Assembly: GCA_003971905.1 (NCBI GenBank)
Contig: RSEE01000103.1
Span: 1-64,000, forward strand
Source: Moniliella sp. 'wahieum'
Taxonomy: Eukaryota
DNA: 64,000 nucleotides
Direction of reading: 5' to 3'
The notes below the pieces were generated by a model that was not told the DNA's origin, searched no databases, and saw nothing but the letters and a program-made list of their open reading frames with translations. A program made the position numbers and the translations under genes. Below, in pieces: positions 10,087 through 22,874 of the stretch. The number at the start of each line of letters is the position of its first letter. Position 1 is the stretch's first letter.

Positions 10087-12395
10087 ATGGCTGCTGCCCC
10101 CACCCCCACCCCCACCGCCGTCCCGCCCGGCAAGAAGATCCGCATCGCGCTCGACCGCGGCGGGACGTTTCTCGACGCCGTCGCCTCCATCCCTGGGCGC
10201 GGCGACGTGGTGTTCAAGCTCCTGTCGCACGACCCTGCGCACTATGCCGATGCGCCGACCGAAGCCATTCGACGCATCCTCCAGATCGCCCTCGGCCGCC
10301 CCCTGCCGCGCACCGAAAAGCTGGATGCCAGTCCGATTGAAAGCATTCGGTTGGCCACGACAGTCGCGACCAATGCGTTGTTGGAGCGCAAAGGCCAGCG
10401 GCACGCGCTGGTCACTACCCAGGGGTTTGGCGACTTGCTGCGCATCGGTAACCAAGCCCGGCCGGATATTTTTGCCTTGGCCATTCACAGGCCGGAGGTG
10501 CTGTTCTCCGCGGTGATAGAGGCGGAGGAGCGGGTGACGTTGGTGGGCGCGACCAACGACCCGCGCCACGCCGAGCAAGCCGTCCAGTTTGACCAGGGCA
10601 AGGTTGTGCGCGCCTATTCGGGACCCGACCTGCCCCCACTGGTGTACAGGGACGGGCAGTGGGTCGAGCCGGAAATTGTGGAGGGTGTGTCGGGCGAAGC
10701 GGTGGCGATCCTCACTCCGCTCAACCAGCCCAAACTGCGTGCGGACCTGCAACAACTCAGGCGAGATGGGATCGACGCTTTGGCCATCGTGTTGTTGCAT
10801 GGATTCACGTTCCCCCAGCATGAAGATCTCATTGAACAGATCGCACGTGAAGAAGGATTCAAGTACATTTCCACCTCGCGCTTGCGCCCCGTGATCAAGG
10901 CGGTGGCAAGAGGGCACTCGGTCTCGGCCGATGCATACTTGACGCCAGTGTTGCATGACTATCTCCACTCGTTTTTCCAGGGCTTTACGCCTTCGCTGCG
11001 AGATGGCACGGCGGGGACTAAGGTGGAGTTTATGATGTCCGACGGCGGCTTGACCCAGGTCGATCGCTTTTCAGGGCTGCAGAGTATCCTCTCTGGTCCG
11101 GCCGGTGGCGTGGTCGGCATGGCCTTGACCACTTTTGATCCCGTGGATGGCCGTGCAGTGATTGGGTTCGATATGGGCGGTACCTCGACAGACGTATCCA
11201 GGTACGACGGGCGGTACGAGCACGTGTTTGAGTCGACCACCGCCGGCGTGACGGTGGCTGCGCCGCAGTTGGACGTGAATACGGTGGCATCGGGAGGGTC
11301 GAGCATGCTGTCGTATCGCAATGGCATGTTTGTCGTTGGCCCGGAAAGTGCGTCGGCACACCCGGGCCCAGCTGCGTATCGCAAAGGAGGGCCGTTGACC
11401 ATTACGGACGCTAACCTCGTTACCGGCCGGTTGGCCGTCGAGATGTTCCGCGCATCTTTGGGCCGAACGAAGACCAAGGTCTTGACTTTGACCGTTCCCT
11501 TGAACTCTTCACCCAACTTACTGACGAAATTAACAAGGACCGGCAAGCGCAGGGCCAACCCAGCTACAGCGTGGATGAAGTGGCCCACGGCTTTTTGCGC
11601 GTGGCAAACGAGACGATGGCCCGGCCGATCCGCATTGACCGAAGCCAAAGGATATGCTGCCTCACGTCACATTTTGGCCTCGTTTGGTGGCGCCGGAGGG
11701 CAGCATGCATGTTCGCTGGCGCGCGGGCTGGGGATCAAGTTGGTGGTGGTGCACATGTACTCGTCTCTCTTGTCGGCGTATGGGATGGCATTGGCAGAGC
11801 GGGTGCACGAAGTGCAAGTACCAGCGTCGATGCGCTTGGAGGCAGCGACGATGCCGGCGTTGCAGAGGCGCTTCCAGGAGTTGGAGGAGCAAGTGGGACA
11901 AGTGTTGGGGGGAGAAGGGTTTGCCCCCGAGCAAATCAGCTGCGAGCGCTACCTCCACCTCCGGTACGACGGCACCGACACGCAGCTCATGACGCTGGTC
12001 CCGCCACGTGGCGGGGTGGCGGACGCGTTCACACAGGCGTACCAGCAAGAGTTTGGCTTTGTTTTGACGGACAAGGCGGTGATGGTGGACGATGTGCGAG
12101 TCAAGGGCATTGGCCACGCCTACTCCCACCTCCCGCCGCCGCTGGTGGAGGACTTGCGGACGCATGAGGGAGGGTTTTGTCCACCGCCGCGCACGGGCCC
12201 ACAAGGCCGATCTACTTTGCCGGGCAGGGGCGTGTGCCTACGCCGGTGCTCAAGCTGGCCGAGGTGGGGGTGGGGGAGAAGGTGGCGGGGCCGGCGGTGT
12301 TGGTCGACGAGACGCAGACGCTGTTGGTGGAGCCGGCGTGCACTGCCTACCGCCTCGCGCGCGGCGTGGTGGTGGAGATCGGCGACGAGCACTAG
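10087..12395 (+). CDS. OXP1: 5-oxoprolinase, N-terminal (hydantoinase A-like, ATP-binding) half encoded as a separate gene
   Basis: IALDRGGTFLD, KLLSHDPAHYADAPTEAIRR, TTVATNALLERKG, LSGPAGGVVG, GFDMGGTSTDVSR, TVASGGSS, VGPESASAHPGPAAYRKGGPLTITDAN, FGGAGGQHAC; ends GPAVLVDETQTLLVEP..VEIGDEH-stop after an indel. Confidence 0.93.
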
Positions 12396-12591
12396 AAGGT
12401 GCGAGCGAGCAAGCAAGCGACGCGGCGGCTGGAATCGGAATCCAATCGACAGGTAATTAATTAATTGCCGATGCGAAGCAAGAGAAATCAAATAGCGCGG
12501 CCAGGAGAGTGATTGTAGATGGGTTGCTAAATAGGCCAGCCGGCGTCTTGCCCTTCTTCGTCCCCACCATCCCGCCCCGTTTTTCGTCGCC

Positions 12592-15500
12592 ATGGCCGTG
12601 GCTGCCGAGCTGCTCGGCGCACTGCAGACGCACCTGGCTGTGCCCAGCTCCCAGGGCGCCGAGGCGGCGTGTGTGCTTCTGCTCGACACGGCCGCCTTCC
12701 TCGGCGCGCCCACCGCCGCCGCCTTGGCCACCGCCTGGACCCGCCTCGTCGCCACCCACCTCGCCTCGCACCCCGTCGTGCCCACATCGGACCTGGGCGC
12801 GCTGCGCACCCATCTCGTCTCATCGCCGCTCCTACTCCGCCCTGTCCAGCGTCTCATCATCCAACACGCCCCCACCCTCGACCGCCTGCCGCTGTGGCAC
12901 AGCGTCGTACGCGCCTCCTTTGTCCCCGCCGCTCCTGCTGCTGCCAACGCCGAGGCAGACGCCGCAGACGTCACAGCTGCCCAAGCAGCAGCAGCAGCCG
13001 TGACACGCTGGGGGCTACGTGTGTTGTCCCAAACAGGAGAAGGCCGCCGTTGCGATTGCCGACGTGGTCGCCTCCGAGCTGGATCTCGCTCTTCCCTTGG
13101 TCCCGTTCTGTCTGCCGCCCCTGGAACTCCACATGCCCACGCACAAAAGACCGAGTGGGACGAAACGCTGCACTTGCTCACTGCGTTCCCCGCCCGGATG
13201 GCCAATTTAACCCAGGGCCATACGCCGGCCAGTTTGGAAACGAGGTACGTCCTCCCTCTTCTTATCCTCCTTTCTCGGTGATTCCACTGGTTGGGAAGCA
13301 AGCACCCTTTTCTCCTCTTCTTGGTACAGCTGGCTGATGCGTGTTACATTCTGGGGGCAGTACATTCTACGCGCGCCTGACGCGGCAGTGGGAAACGCTG
13401 CTCCGTCCGGGGAGGGGTCAGTTCCTGTCAGGCTTGGCGGTCCGGTTGCTCAAGCTGGGGTGGGTGCGCAGTGCGAACGGGTGGTGGTACACACTCCTGC
13501 CGCGCATGTTGGACCGATTACAGCCTGGTCTGGGCTGGTCTACGAGCTACGTAGAGGCATGGCGCGATGTGATGCGTGCGCTAGGACCCTACCGGGCCGA
13601 GGTGGTGGCGTCCCTGCTGGGATGGATTGAGCAGCGATCGGGGCAGGTCCACCCTCCCCTGGTGGGAATGGAGTTGACCGATCCAACGAGGCAGGAAGAG
13701 GATGTACGTTTGGCATATGTGCTCGCGCTCGTCTGTCCGCCAGCCTCCACGTCATCTGTGGGCTCCCCGGGCCTCCCCTCGGACGCGGACTCCGACGCGG
13801 ACTCAGAAGAAGATGAGGAGGAGGAGGAGGAGCAGATGGTCATATTGCTACCCAGTGTGGGATGGAGCTCTGTGTCGCTTGCGCGCGCCTTGGTCCTATG
13901 GTCCTCCCTGGCGCCCTCGCCCGAGAGGACCGAACAACTGCTCCGCCGTGCACTGACCCAGTGGGGGGATAAGACCACCATCTTAGCGTCAAGGCCGGAG
14001 CAACACGTGGCACGTGCAGTCTTGCTTACGGTGGCGCTAAACCGGCTGAAGTTCCTAGCTGCACCCTCTGCCCCCTTGCCTTCTTCCACAGCGGAACCAA
14101 TGGCAGCGTCGACCTCGGCCCATGGGCCAGGGAAGTCCGGTAATGCAGCACCCACTCACGCGGGTGCAGGAACCGAGACGATCGTCCCGTTTCTGCTAAA
14201 AACACGGCACGACCCAGCGTTCCTAAACGGTGTTCAGGCGTACCTTGACCACCCGTCCCCGGCCATTCGGCTCGTGGGGCTGGCAGTGGCCGAAATCTTG
14301 GTTGGGACGGTGCGCACGCTTGTTCCCACCGAGGTTCCCTTGGACTTTGGCGTGTGGGGCGGCACGGGGCAAGGGCAAGACCTAGCGCGTACCTTGCGAC
14401 AGATGGTGTGGCCTGTCGTCCCACTCTCCCGCGGCGGTGTGCTGGGCATAGTGCCAGCGTCCGATGAGGCTGGTGGGGCAGACTCCCGGCCAGGGGAAAG
14501 TGACAAGGTGGAGGAAAGTGCGGATCGACTGGCCGATCTGACGTTGATGCGTCCGGCGCGGACCGTGCCCGTCCTCGGCGCTTGGGGGCGCATCGCGCCC
14601 CGCACAAACCACTGGTCCAGCTCCTAGACTCGGACGGGAAGGAAGAAGAAGACACAAGCGCCCCGTTCTCGGCCCTCGTGCCTTCTTCCGAGTCGGAAGG
14701 AGAGGATTCCTCTGCGGACGAACAAGACCACGACCTCGATCCCAATTCCGAGCTCGACCCAGGGGACGTGCTGTCTTTGTTAGAGCGCGCCGCGGGGGCA
14801 GGGAGGCAGAAGTACAAATGACCGAACGTACGAAAGAGTTCAGTGCGTCCGATGCGGCGCAGAAGCGGGACGCAATGGCGATGCGCATGCCTGGGCCGCG
14901 CCGACGCGCGGTGGTGTACGTGCATGAGCTCCCGCCTTTGCTCCGGGAAGAGAGAGGAGGTGCGGCATGCGCTTCACGTGCTGCCGTCGCTGGTGCGTGC
15001 CAAGCGAGGGTGGGGGAGCGAGGTGCAAGACTCGGCGGTGGAGCTGGTGCATCAGCTGGTGCAGCTGGACGACCGGTTTGGTCTGAAAGCGTTCGAGGAG
15101 TGGATCGCCGTTGGCATGGTCGCACTTCTTGTCTCGGCGCCCGTGGGGGCGGTAGCGATCGAGCTGGTGTTCAGCCCGCACCTGTCTTTGGTGCGAAAGG
15201 CGATGTTGCTGAGTGCGTTGCTGTATGCGGCGCTGGAGGTGCGGGGTGACATGGGGGCGCTATCTCGGCCGGCGCCCACCAAAGTCGCAGACCAAGTTGC
15301 CGCCCATGTTGGCTTGCTCGTCCGCCATGCCATCGAGCGCGCCAGGCACGAGGGCGAAGCGCACGTGCCTTCTCTTGCACGCCGCACGGCGCTCACTGCC
15401 ACTCCTACTACGGCCACCACCCGCGCCGCCCAGCGCGCCGGCATCACCCCAATCACCCCCGCGGCAAAGCAGGAAGACTACCTTGCGCCGCTGATCACAC

Positions 15501-15938
15501 GTACCTTGGCCCACCTCACGCTGCAGGGGCAGGGGGGCTACTTTACCCGTTCGTCGGTGTCTCCGTGGCCGATGGCCACGCTGCCGCCGCTGCTGCTGCC
15601 CTGGCTGCTGCAGACGGTGGCGGGACTGCTGCCTACGGCGGCGGGCCCGCGGACGCAAGCCATCGAGCTGGGGGGTGAGCAGGGCAGCGTATGCGTTGCC
15701 CTCGGAGCGTGCTGTGCCGATACAGACAGCAGCGACGGAGGTGGTGCTGCTGGCGCTGCAGGGGCGGCGGTGGGGGGGTAGCGGGGGTGGACTGGGCGGC
15801 GGTGCAGCAGCAGGCGGAGAGCGTGTTTGCAGTGCCGGACGCGGCGGCGGTGGCGGTGGCGGCGGCGGTGCAGCTGGCGGTGGGGAGGCGCGGGGCGGAT
15901 GGAGCGAAGCACAGAGCCTGCTGGCGCTCGAGGGATGA
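12592..15938 (+). CDS. TEL2: Telomere length regulation protein Tel2 (TTT complex PIKK chaperone)
   Basis: FLNGVQAYLDHPSPAIRLVGLAVAEIL, acidic linker, VVYVHEL, ALHVLPSLVRAKRGWGSEVQDSAVELVHQLVQLDDRF. Intron near 13245-13329; frameshifts; end approximate. Confidence 0.8.
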
Positions 15939-17843
15939 GGAGAAGAAGCAGCCGAGTCGAATGGCCAATCGTGCTCGCCGTCTCCCATCGAGCAAGTCGA
16001 GTATATATGTAGTAGGCATGGCAGTCGGTAGAACACACCTCCACACGCCCCCAAAAGAATATGCCTCTTGGCCGAATCGAACGACCGATCTTCTCATGCC
16101 GTAGCCGTGCTACTAGTGAGATGCTTTACCACTGAGCCAAAGAGGCTTGCGTGTGCGTTCCCTTTTGCCCATCACACGTGACACGGTGAGTACGTAATCG
16201 GCCGCCAGTGTGGTCCCCGCCTATCCTTCCTGACAGAGAGCATAGCTTGCGGAGAAGCTCGCCTGCCCCCACCGACGCGAAGCGTAAGTACTCTCGGCAG
16301 CCCCCCCCCGCCTCGCTTAGGATGAGGAAGACATGGGTGATCCACCGCCCCGGCTCCTCCGCGGCGGAGCCACGCACGGTCCACATGTACCCCCACCCCT
16401 TGCTCGCGTAGCGGGGCAGTGGGACCAACCAAGAACAGATACCTGATCCCCCTCCCCCCGCCCTTGCTTCTGTGTGGCTGACGCTCCTTCCCCCGCATCC
16501 ATCATCCAGCCCAAGCCACGCGCCGAGGCGCGTAGGGCCACGCGCGCCGGTCCCCTGGACACCCACTGCCTCCATGTCCTGGCCATCGCCGTCCCGCACC
16601 GCCCTTCCCGTTCCGCCCCCCACCCCGCGCTGCTGCGCGCAGGAAAGGTGTCCGATCCATCCAGGCCATGTGCAGGCTGATGGGTGGACGTGAGATGTGT
16701 GATGTGACAAAGGAAAATGGGAACGTGTGTTGGATGAAAACATCAGCTGCATGTGGACATTGGAGGGAGGGTCGTAGTATAGATCAATGCTCATAGTGCC
16801 GCATTTTCTGCTTCACGTACGTGGCAGGCCTGGGCGGCGATGTTACCAGGGGGGATCGCTTATTCACCACCGAAGAAACGGACGCTCCGTGCTGCACTGC
16901 ATGTTCCTCATCAACCCCCATTCGGCATTGCACCTTCTGCTCCCTGCACTCGCCTTCCGCCTCCTTTTACCGTTTTTGGAGGTGTATAGTCTGCTTCTCC
17001 CCGTGTTCTGTCACATCCAGCTGGCTCTCTGCGTAGAGGTGCAAGGCGCTCGCTTAACTCGGTCCAGTCCTTCAGGTCTGTATGGCTGCATTCAGACGAT
17101 CAAACCGAACAAGATGTGGGTCGGTTCGATGTTAGTTTACACTTACATCGCCCACAGCTCCAACCGTCAGAGTCATGGGTAAGATTTTGCTGAAATGTCC
17201 ATAGAAAGAGAGTGGAAACAAGTTTGTGAGTATAGAGGCCAGAGAAAGCGGACAGAATGCGCTGAGGGCGGCATCGGCCATGCGCCATGTCCTACCGACC
17301 TTCTCCGACAACAGTTTTGCATGTAGGTACGTTTACAAAGAAAAAGAATCAACCGCGGTTGTCGGCCCGCAGCGCGACGTGTGCAGACGCAATGTACAAA
17401 GAGAAAGGAGGGGGAGGGAGAGTGGATGGCGGGACAAACTCTGTTGGGGTGCGGATCGATCTGGCCCTGGGACCACATCGATCATCAACGTCGCTGGCGA
17501 GGAGGCTGGCGGTGAAAGGACGAGGAGAAGAGGTGGTGGTTACTCAATGTAGCAAAGTCGGGGGGATACGCAATCGGAAAGTGCCACAGCCGGCACGAGG
17601 CAGCACGGCGCCGCGCCTCCCTGGTCACGGGTCCCGCGTCACGCGTGGCGACCAGCAACCAGGCTGATTAAGGATTGCTGATTGCTGATTGGTCTCTGAG
17701 AGGCGGTGCCGATCGGAGCAGATGCTGGGGTAGCTAAGCCGCCTTGCCCTCCGCCGCCGCCGCATCGCCCCTCTCTCTCCCTCCGGCTTCTGCCTCCTGC
17801 CCACCTCACCGCGCCTCCGTAGTTCCCCACCCCGGCCCTCATC

Positions 17844-19228
17844 ATGCCCACCGACTCCGACACCAACCCTGCCGCTGCCCCTCCCGCCGACGCCTCCGAC
17901 GACGAGGGAGAGGTGGTGGCGCTGACCATCAAGGGTCCCGCTGGTCTCCAGCTGCCCATCCAGATTGGGCTCTCTGCGCCCGTGCGCAAGCTCAAGCACG
18001 CCATCCAGCACGCCAAGCCGACTTTCCTGCCGCATCGCTGCGCCTCATCTATGGCGGCAAAGTGCTCAAGGACGACGTTCTGCTGGAGAAGTACCATATT
18101 CAGGGCGGCCATACCATCCACATGGTCCGCTCTGGTGGCGCCCCCGCCCTGCTGCCAGCGCCACGACATCCACCACCGCCACCACCGCCCCACCGCTGGC
18201 ACGGGAACCGGTACCGGCGCCGGCTTCGCCAGCTCCTGCAACCTCCACCCCGGCGGCGAGTGCGGCGGAACGGGCCGAGGCTCGTGGGGTGCCCAGCACG
18301 TTCGGTGCCGGCCAGACGTTTACCAACAACCCCTTTCTGCGCTGCTGCGTCCTGACCTGGCCGGTCCACATATGGCCGCGCTCAACCCGTTTGCGGGCAT
18401 GAATGGCAACCCGTCCGACCCGAACTTTATGATGAACTTGATGGCGGATGAGAGTTTCCAAGCGCAGGCGCGCGAAGCGCTCGCCCAACCGGGCATTGTG
18501 GACCAGATCCTCGCTATGCGCCCGCAACTACGGCCGTACCGTGCCATGCTCGAGACCATGCTCCAGTCCGAACAGTTTCGCGAAATGATTACCAACCCCG
18601 AAATGGTACGGCGCAGCCAGCAACTGGCCGGCGCGATGGGCGCAGGTGCAGGTGGCATGCCCGGCTTGGGCCCCTTTGGCTCAGGAATGTTTGGTGCACC
18701 GCCTGCCACGGGCGGTGCCGGCGGTGCCCTGGCGCTGCTCAGTGGCCCACATTTGCTCCCCCTGCCAACCCGGCGGCGCCAACGCCGGGCAGCACCGAAT
18801 CGCCTCCCACTGGTGCGGCGGGTACCACAGGTGCTACAGGTGGTGCCAATTCCGGGCCGGGCGCACCTGGGTCGGCGGACTCGCTGGAGCAACTTCTGCG
18901 CGCCTTGGGAGGCGGAGCTGGCGGGGGGCCTGGGATGGGATTCCCTCCCCCCAACCTGTTTGGCGACCTTGGCGCAGCAGGGGGACTAGGCGGGTTGGGT
19001 GGCTTGGGTGGCTTAGGTGGTATGGGTGGCCTAGGCGGTGCCGGTGGTGCTGGTGCTGAAGCGTCGGCTGGCGATTCTCGCCCCCCCGAAGAACGGTATT
19101 CCAACGAGCTTGCCCAGTTGCAGGGAATGGGCTTTACCAATGGCCCGGCCAACCTGCGGGCGTTGTTGATCAGCGGCGGGAGCGTCGAGGCCGCCGTGAC
19201 GCTCCTGCTCGAGGGAGGGGGGATTTGA
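17844..19228 (+). CDS. DSK2: Ubiquilin (UBL-STI1-UBA ubiquitin receptor)
   Basis: UBL (LRLIYGGKVLKDD..LEKYHIQGGHTIHMVRS), STI1-like region (MLQSEQFREMITNPEMVR), UBA (PPEERYSNELAQLQGMGF..NLRALLISGGSVEAAV), spread over frames by indels. Confidence 0.92.
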
Positions 19229-19715
19229 AAACGAGAAGGGGACGAGGGCCGGGGCCCAAGGGAGGAGACATTGACAGCAACGTGCTTCTTCGTACCTGGT
19301 TGGACCTTGCTGCTGCCCGATCCCATGGGGGGCGGCCAGGCACAAGGCAAGCGGATTGGTGTCTCGGGGCTCCGACCTTTGCACTTTGCGTCAACGTTGC
19401 TCGATCCGCCTTGTTTGCCCCACGCGCCCAGCCCAGTCTAGGGCAGCGCCCTTCCGTGTGTAGCTGATGTCTGCCATCGGCTGGGGCGTGGTGCTGGCGA
19501 TGGCGTTCCTGCGTGCTCGTCTGTGCGCGGCTGTGAGAATGGAATGAGGGATAGGGTGCTGCTTGCTGGAAGCGAGGGAGGGCGAGGTGGAGATTGATGC
19601 TTGGTTGACTGTCTGTTGTCCAGAGATGAAGCCGGGGGGAAAGATCGATGAGGGGAGGCAGAACAACCTGCTGCCACACACAGGTCGAATGTAGATGGGA
19701 CAATTGCACCATCAC

Positions 19716-19803
19716 TCCTCAATGGTCCAACGGCTATGATGTCACGCTTTCAAGGCCGGTGTGGTCTGTTCCGTGAAGACCCGGGTTCGACCCGGTTGGG
19801 GAA
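19716..19803 (+). tRNA. tRNA-Glu(TTC) with 18-nt intron (19753-19770)
   Basis: Acceptor TCCTCAA/TTGGGGA, D arm GTC..GAT, anticodon stem TCACG/CGTGA with CT-TTC-A, T arm CCGGG-TTCGA-CCCGG (loop 2 nt short), followed by TTTCTTTT. Confidence 0.85.
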
Positions 19804-20192
19804 TTTCTTTTGGCGGAGGCAGGGTGATGTGGCGGTGATGTGGCGGGGCAGAGCCGACGCGCGGCTGGGAGCAGCGCCACCTGGGTCGGAGTTCCGCTGG
19901 GCGGCCGCCCGCCGCCGCAGTCACATGTGATGTCGCATCGCCGAGGGGCTGCCCTGCCACTCCTCCCACACCCACACCGCCGTCGGCCGCGTGTCCGGCG
20001 ACCACCTGGGCGCTTGGCTGGCATGGACCACCCGAGCCCCGCCACGCCCGTGGCTGCGCCGCACCCGCTCCCCGCCGCCCCCTCCCAGCCCTCTGCCCCG
20101 CCCACACCATTGGCCCCCGAGGCCGCGTCGCGCCCCAGAGCATCTCCGACCCTTCGTTCGTTCCCCCGCCAGCCGAGTGGCCCGCCCCGCGC

Positions 20193-22874
20193 ATGACGAG
20201 CGACGACTCGGCCAGCGAGTACTCCAACCAGGACTCCTTCGCCCCCTCGTCCGTTGACCACAGAAGCAGTGCCCCCAGCCACGCTCTTCCTCCTTCCCTG
20301 TCCGCCTCAATGACCCTGCCCGCCCACCCGCACCTGCCGCCCAGCGACGTGTCCCACGTCGAGTCCCAGCTTGCTCAGCTCAACCTTCACCTTGCCGCCG
20401 CCGCCGCCGCCGCCGCCGCCGCGGACCAGCGCCCCCCTGCGCCTCCTGCCTCCCATGTTTCCGACGCGACGACCGACGTTGAGCAGCAAGCGGCGCAGCT
20501 CACATCGCAGCTCGCTGCTCTGTCGTCTCACTTATCTCCCGCGCTGCCCGAGCCCAACGCTGCTCTTGCCACTCGTGCCGTCCTCCCCGCGGCGGCCTGC
20601 TGGCACGCCCCACCACGCACCCTCCCTCAGCTCAGGGTCCGAGTATGGTTCCGATGCCGATACGCACGAGGAGGTGCTCACCCGCCCCCCGCGCCGCCGC
20701 GGAGTTACGGTGGCAAGTGCCGCACCTATGCAGGTGGCATCTGTCACCGCCGAGCAGCTGTCTGTGCAAGCTGCGCTCGAGGCCGAAGCGGACGCCCGCA
20801 ATCCCAATCGTCCACGTACGTTGCAGGAAGCGCGAGCGCGGGCCAAAGCACGTGCCCTGGCCAAGCAGTCCATGACGCATCCTCTTCCCTTGCCTGCACC
20901 TCCTCTGGAACCACAAGAGTCGTCCCAAACAAAGTCTCCACTGTCTGCTCCCATCATTGCTTTCGACCCAGCTTTAACCTTGGCCGAGCGCTCCGATTCG
21001 CCCACTCGTCGCCCCGCCCGTTCCCCGCGCCGTTTGTCAGACCAGCCAGCCATGGACGGTGCCTCTCCCATATCGACGCCAGGCGGGGACTCCCCGCTGC
21101 TTCAGCAAGACCGTTTGGTTCAGACTGCCGTGCCCGGCAAGATGCGTAACGAGGGTGAAGATGCCGAGGAGGGCGTGTCTGGAGATACAACCATGATGGC
21201 CGCACATTCAGCTGGCTTGGCCCCATCTCCTGAGATCGTCACGTCACCTGATGTGTCCATCGCTTCGCTGCCCACCTTTGGCCATGCTACGTCGCAGGGA
21301 ATGTCCATTTCGTCCGCAGAGGCGCTTACGCCAACGCACAAGACGCTCCCTGCGCTTTTGCCCGCCCCTGCCCCGTCGGCTTCACCATCGATGGACGTGT
21401 TTGGCATTGACTGTCCCTGGCCCCGGCCCTTCTTTTCAGTGACGCCCCAGGCCCCGCAGGCACCCGGCGGTCGCTTCCTTCGAGCGGCAACCAACTTGGG
21501 TGCGGTACGCAAAATTACCGAGAATCATTTCCCCCAAGGCAGCGTCCATTAGCGGACCGTTTCCGACAACGGCCTCGGTCGCAGTAGCCTATGCTGAAGC
21601 GGCAGCCGACTTGCTGGCCACACCCACGGGGCTGCCGACCTGGGTCAACCTCATGTCCAATCCGTCGAACCGTGGTGCGTATTAAGTTGTCTGTTGATCC
21701 GATGGTCTTCCGCCGTGCGTGAATAAACTGCTGACCTGTAGCTCTTGCGTTAGGGGATACTGTGACTCCGCACAAGGCGCAAGCGCCCATTCCGTCCGAG
21801 TTTGGTGGGATCTGGACAACGACGACGATCAACACGGGCTTGTCCGATGTCACCTTCCCCGTCCGCGGCGACGGTGGTCGGGCTGTAGCGTTGCCCTTTT
21901 CGTCGTCCGAGCCGGTTATCTCGTCTCCCATTGATTCTTCTCCGCACTCGCTCCCTGCCGATGGACCAGGAACGCTGACCACGTCGCAAGGAGACGAGCA
22001 GGCGAAAGTGCAGGCGCTGAGCGAGATGCCTCGTAACCTTCCCTACCCAGGTGCCTATGCCATGCAGCAGCAGCAGCAGAACCGTGCCCACATCCAGCAC
22101 GTCGCACAGCAACAACAAAGTCTCACTCGCGCCCAGCGTCCGCGTGCTGAGACCCAACGCGAAGTCCGCGGGTTAGTCCTGGGCCCCTTTCGTGCCCGAG
22201 CACCCGAATCTCCATCGGGATTTACTTTTCTACGAAGGGGCGAGACACCATCAGGCACGATGCCGCTCATCTCCAAACCCTTGCCACCTCCCAAACCCGA
22301 ATCGGTTTCTTCTTCATCCGACAGATCGCTGTCGCGGAGAACGTTACCCGTGGTGGGATCGGGGGTGGCCAAGCGCCCGCCCTTACCGACGATTGACGTG
22401 ATGCAGACGCCGATGCAGACGCCGATGCAGACGCCGAAGCAGACGCCGATGCCTTCCGGGCCTGGCAACCATCGGATCAGTGCCAGTCTCGAGGTTCCGC
22501 GTATGTTGCGGGACGCGCCGCGCCCCATGCACTCGGTCCGAGCCAGTATCGATTTACCGCACGGCTCGCCGCACGCGCCTGGTTTGACGCCCACCTCGTC
22601 CGTCGGCGGCAGTGGGCACGGATTTGGCTCGACCCCGCGTCTGTCGCCCCGCGCGGAACGGCTCGAGGAGTGGAAACAGGGGTTGGACTTGGCTGCGTTG
22701 GAGCGCATGTGCGATGCGCTTCCTTCGGCCGAACCACGCGACTTGGCCCACGCCCTACGACGGTCTCAGGATGACGTCCAGGCCATCTCGCTCTACCTCA
22801 CTGAACGAGCTGCCGGCGCACGCAAACCGAGTCCCGTCCGCCGATCCAAAATGTCCCTCTTGGGCGGCCGTTGA
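20193..22874 (+). CDS. Hypothetical Pro/Ser-rich protein with a possible C-terminal CUE/UBA-like helical domain
   Basis: Consecutive long + ORFs with coding-like composition; intron-like GTGCGT..CTGAC..TAG at about 21675-21741; C-terminus LERMCDALPSAEPRDLAHALRRSQDDVQAISLYL. Confidence 0.55.
22400..22452 (+). repeat. 12-bp coding tandem repeat ATGCAGACGCCG (MQTP/KQTP x4)
   Basis: Read directly; encodes MQTPMQTPMQTPKQTPM. Confidence 0.85.

Noticed and set aside
12120..13301. Long antisense ORFs such as this 393-aa minus frame
   Set aside because: Shadow ORFs of GC-rich coding sequence on the opposite strand.
16100..17600. Possible small gene between TEL2 and DSK2
   Set aside because: Only short ORFs with no recognisable motif or consistent splice structure.
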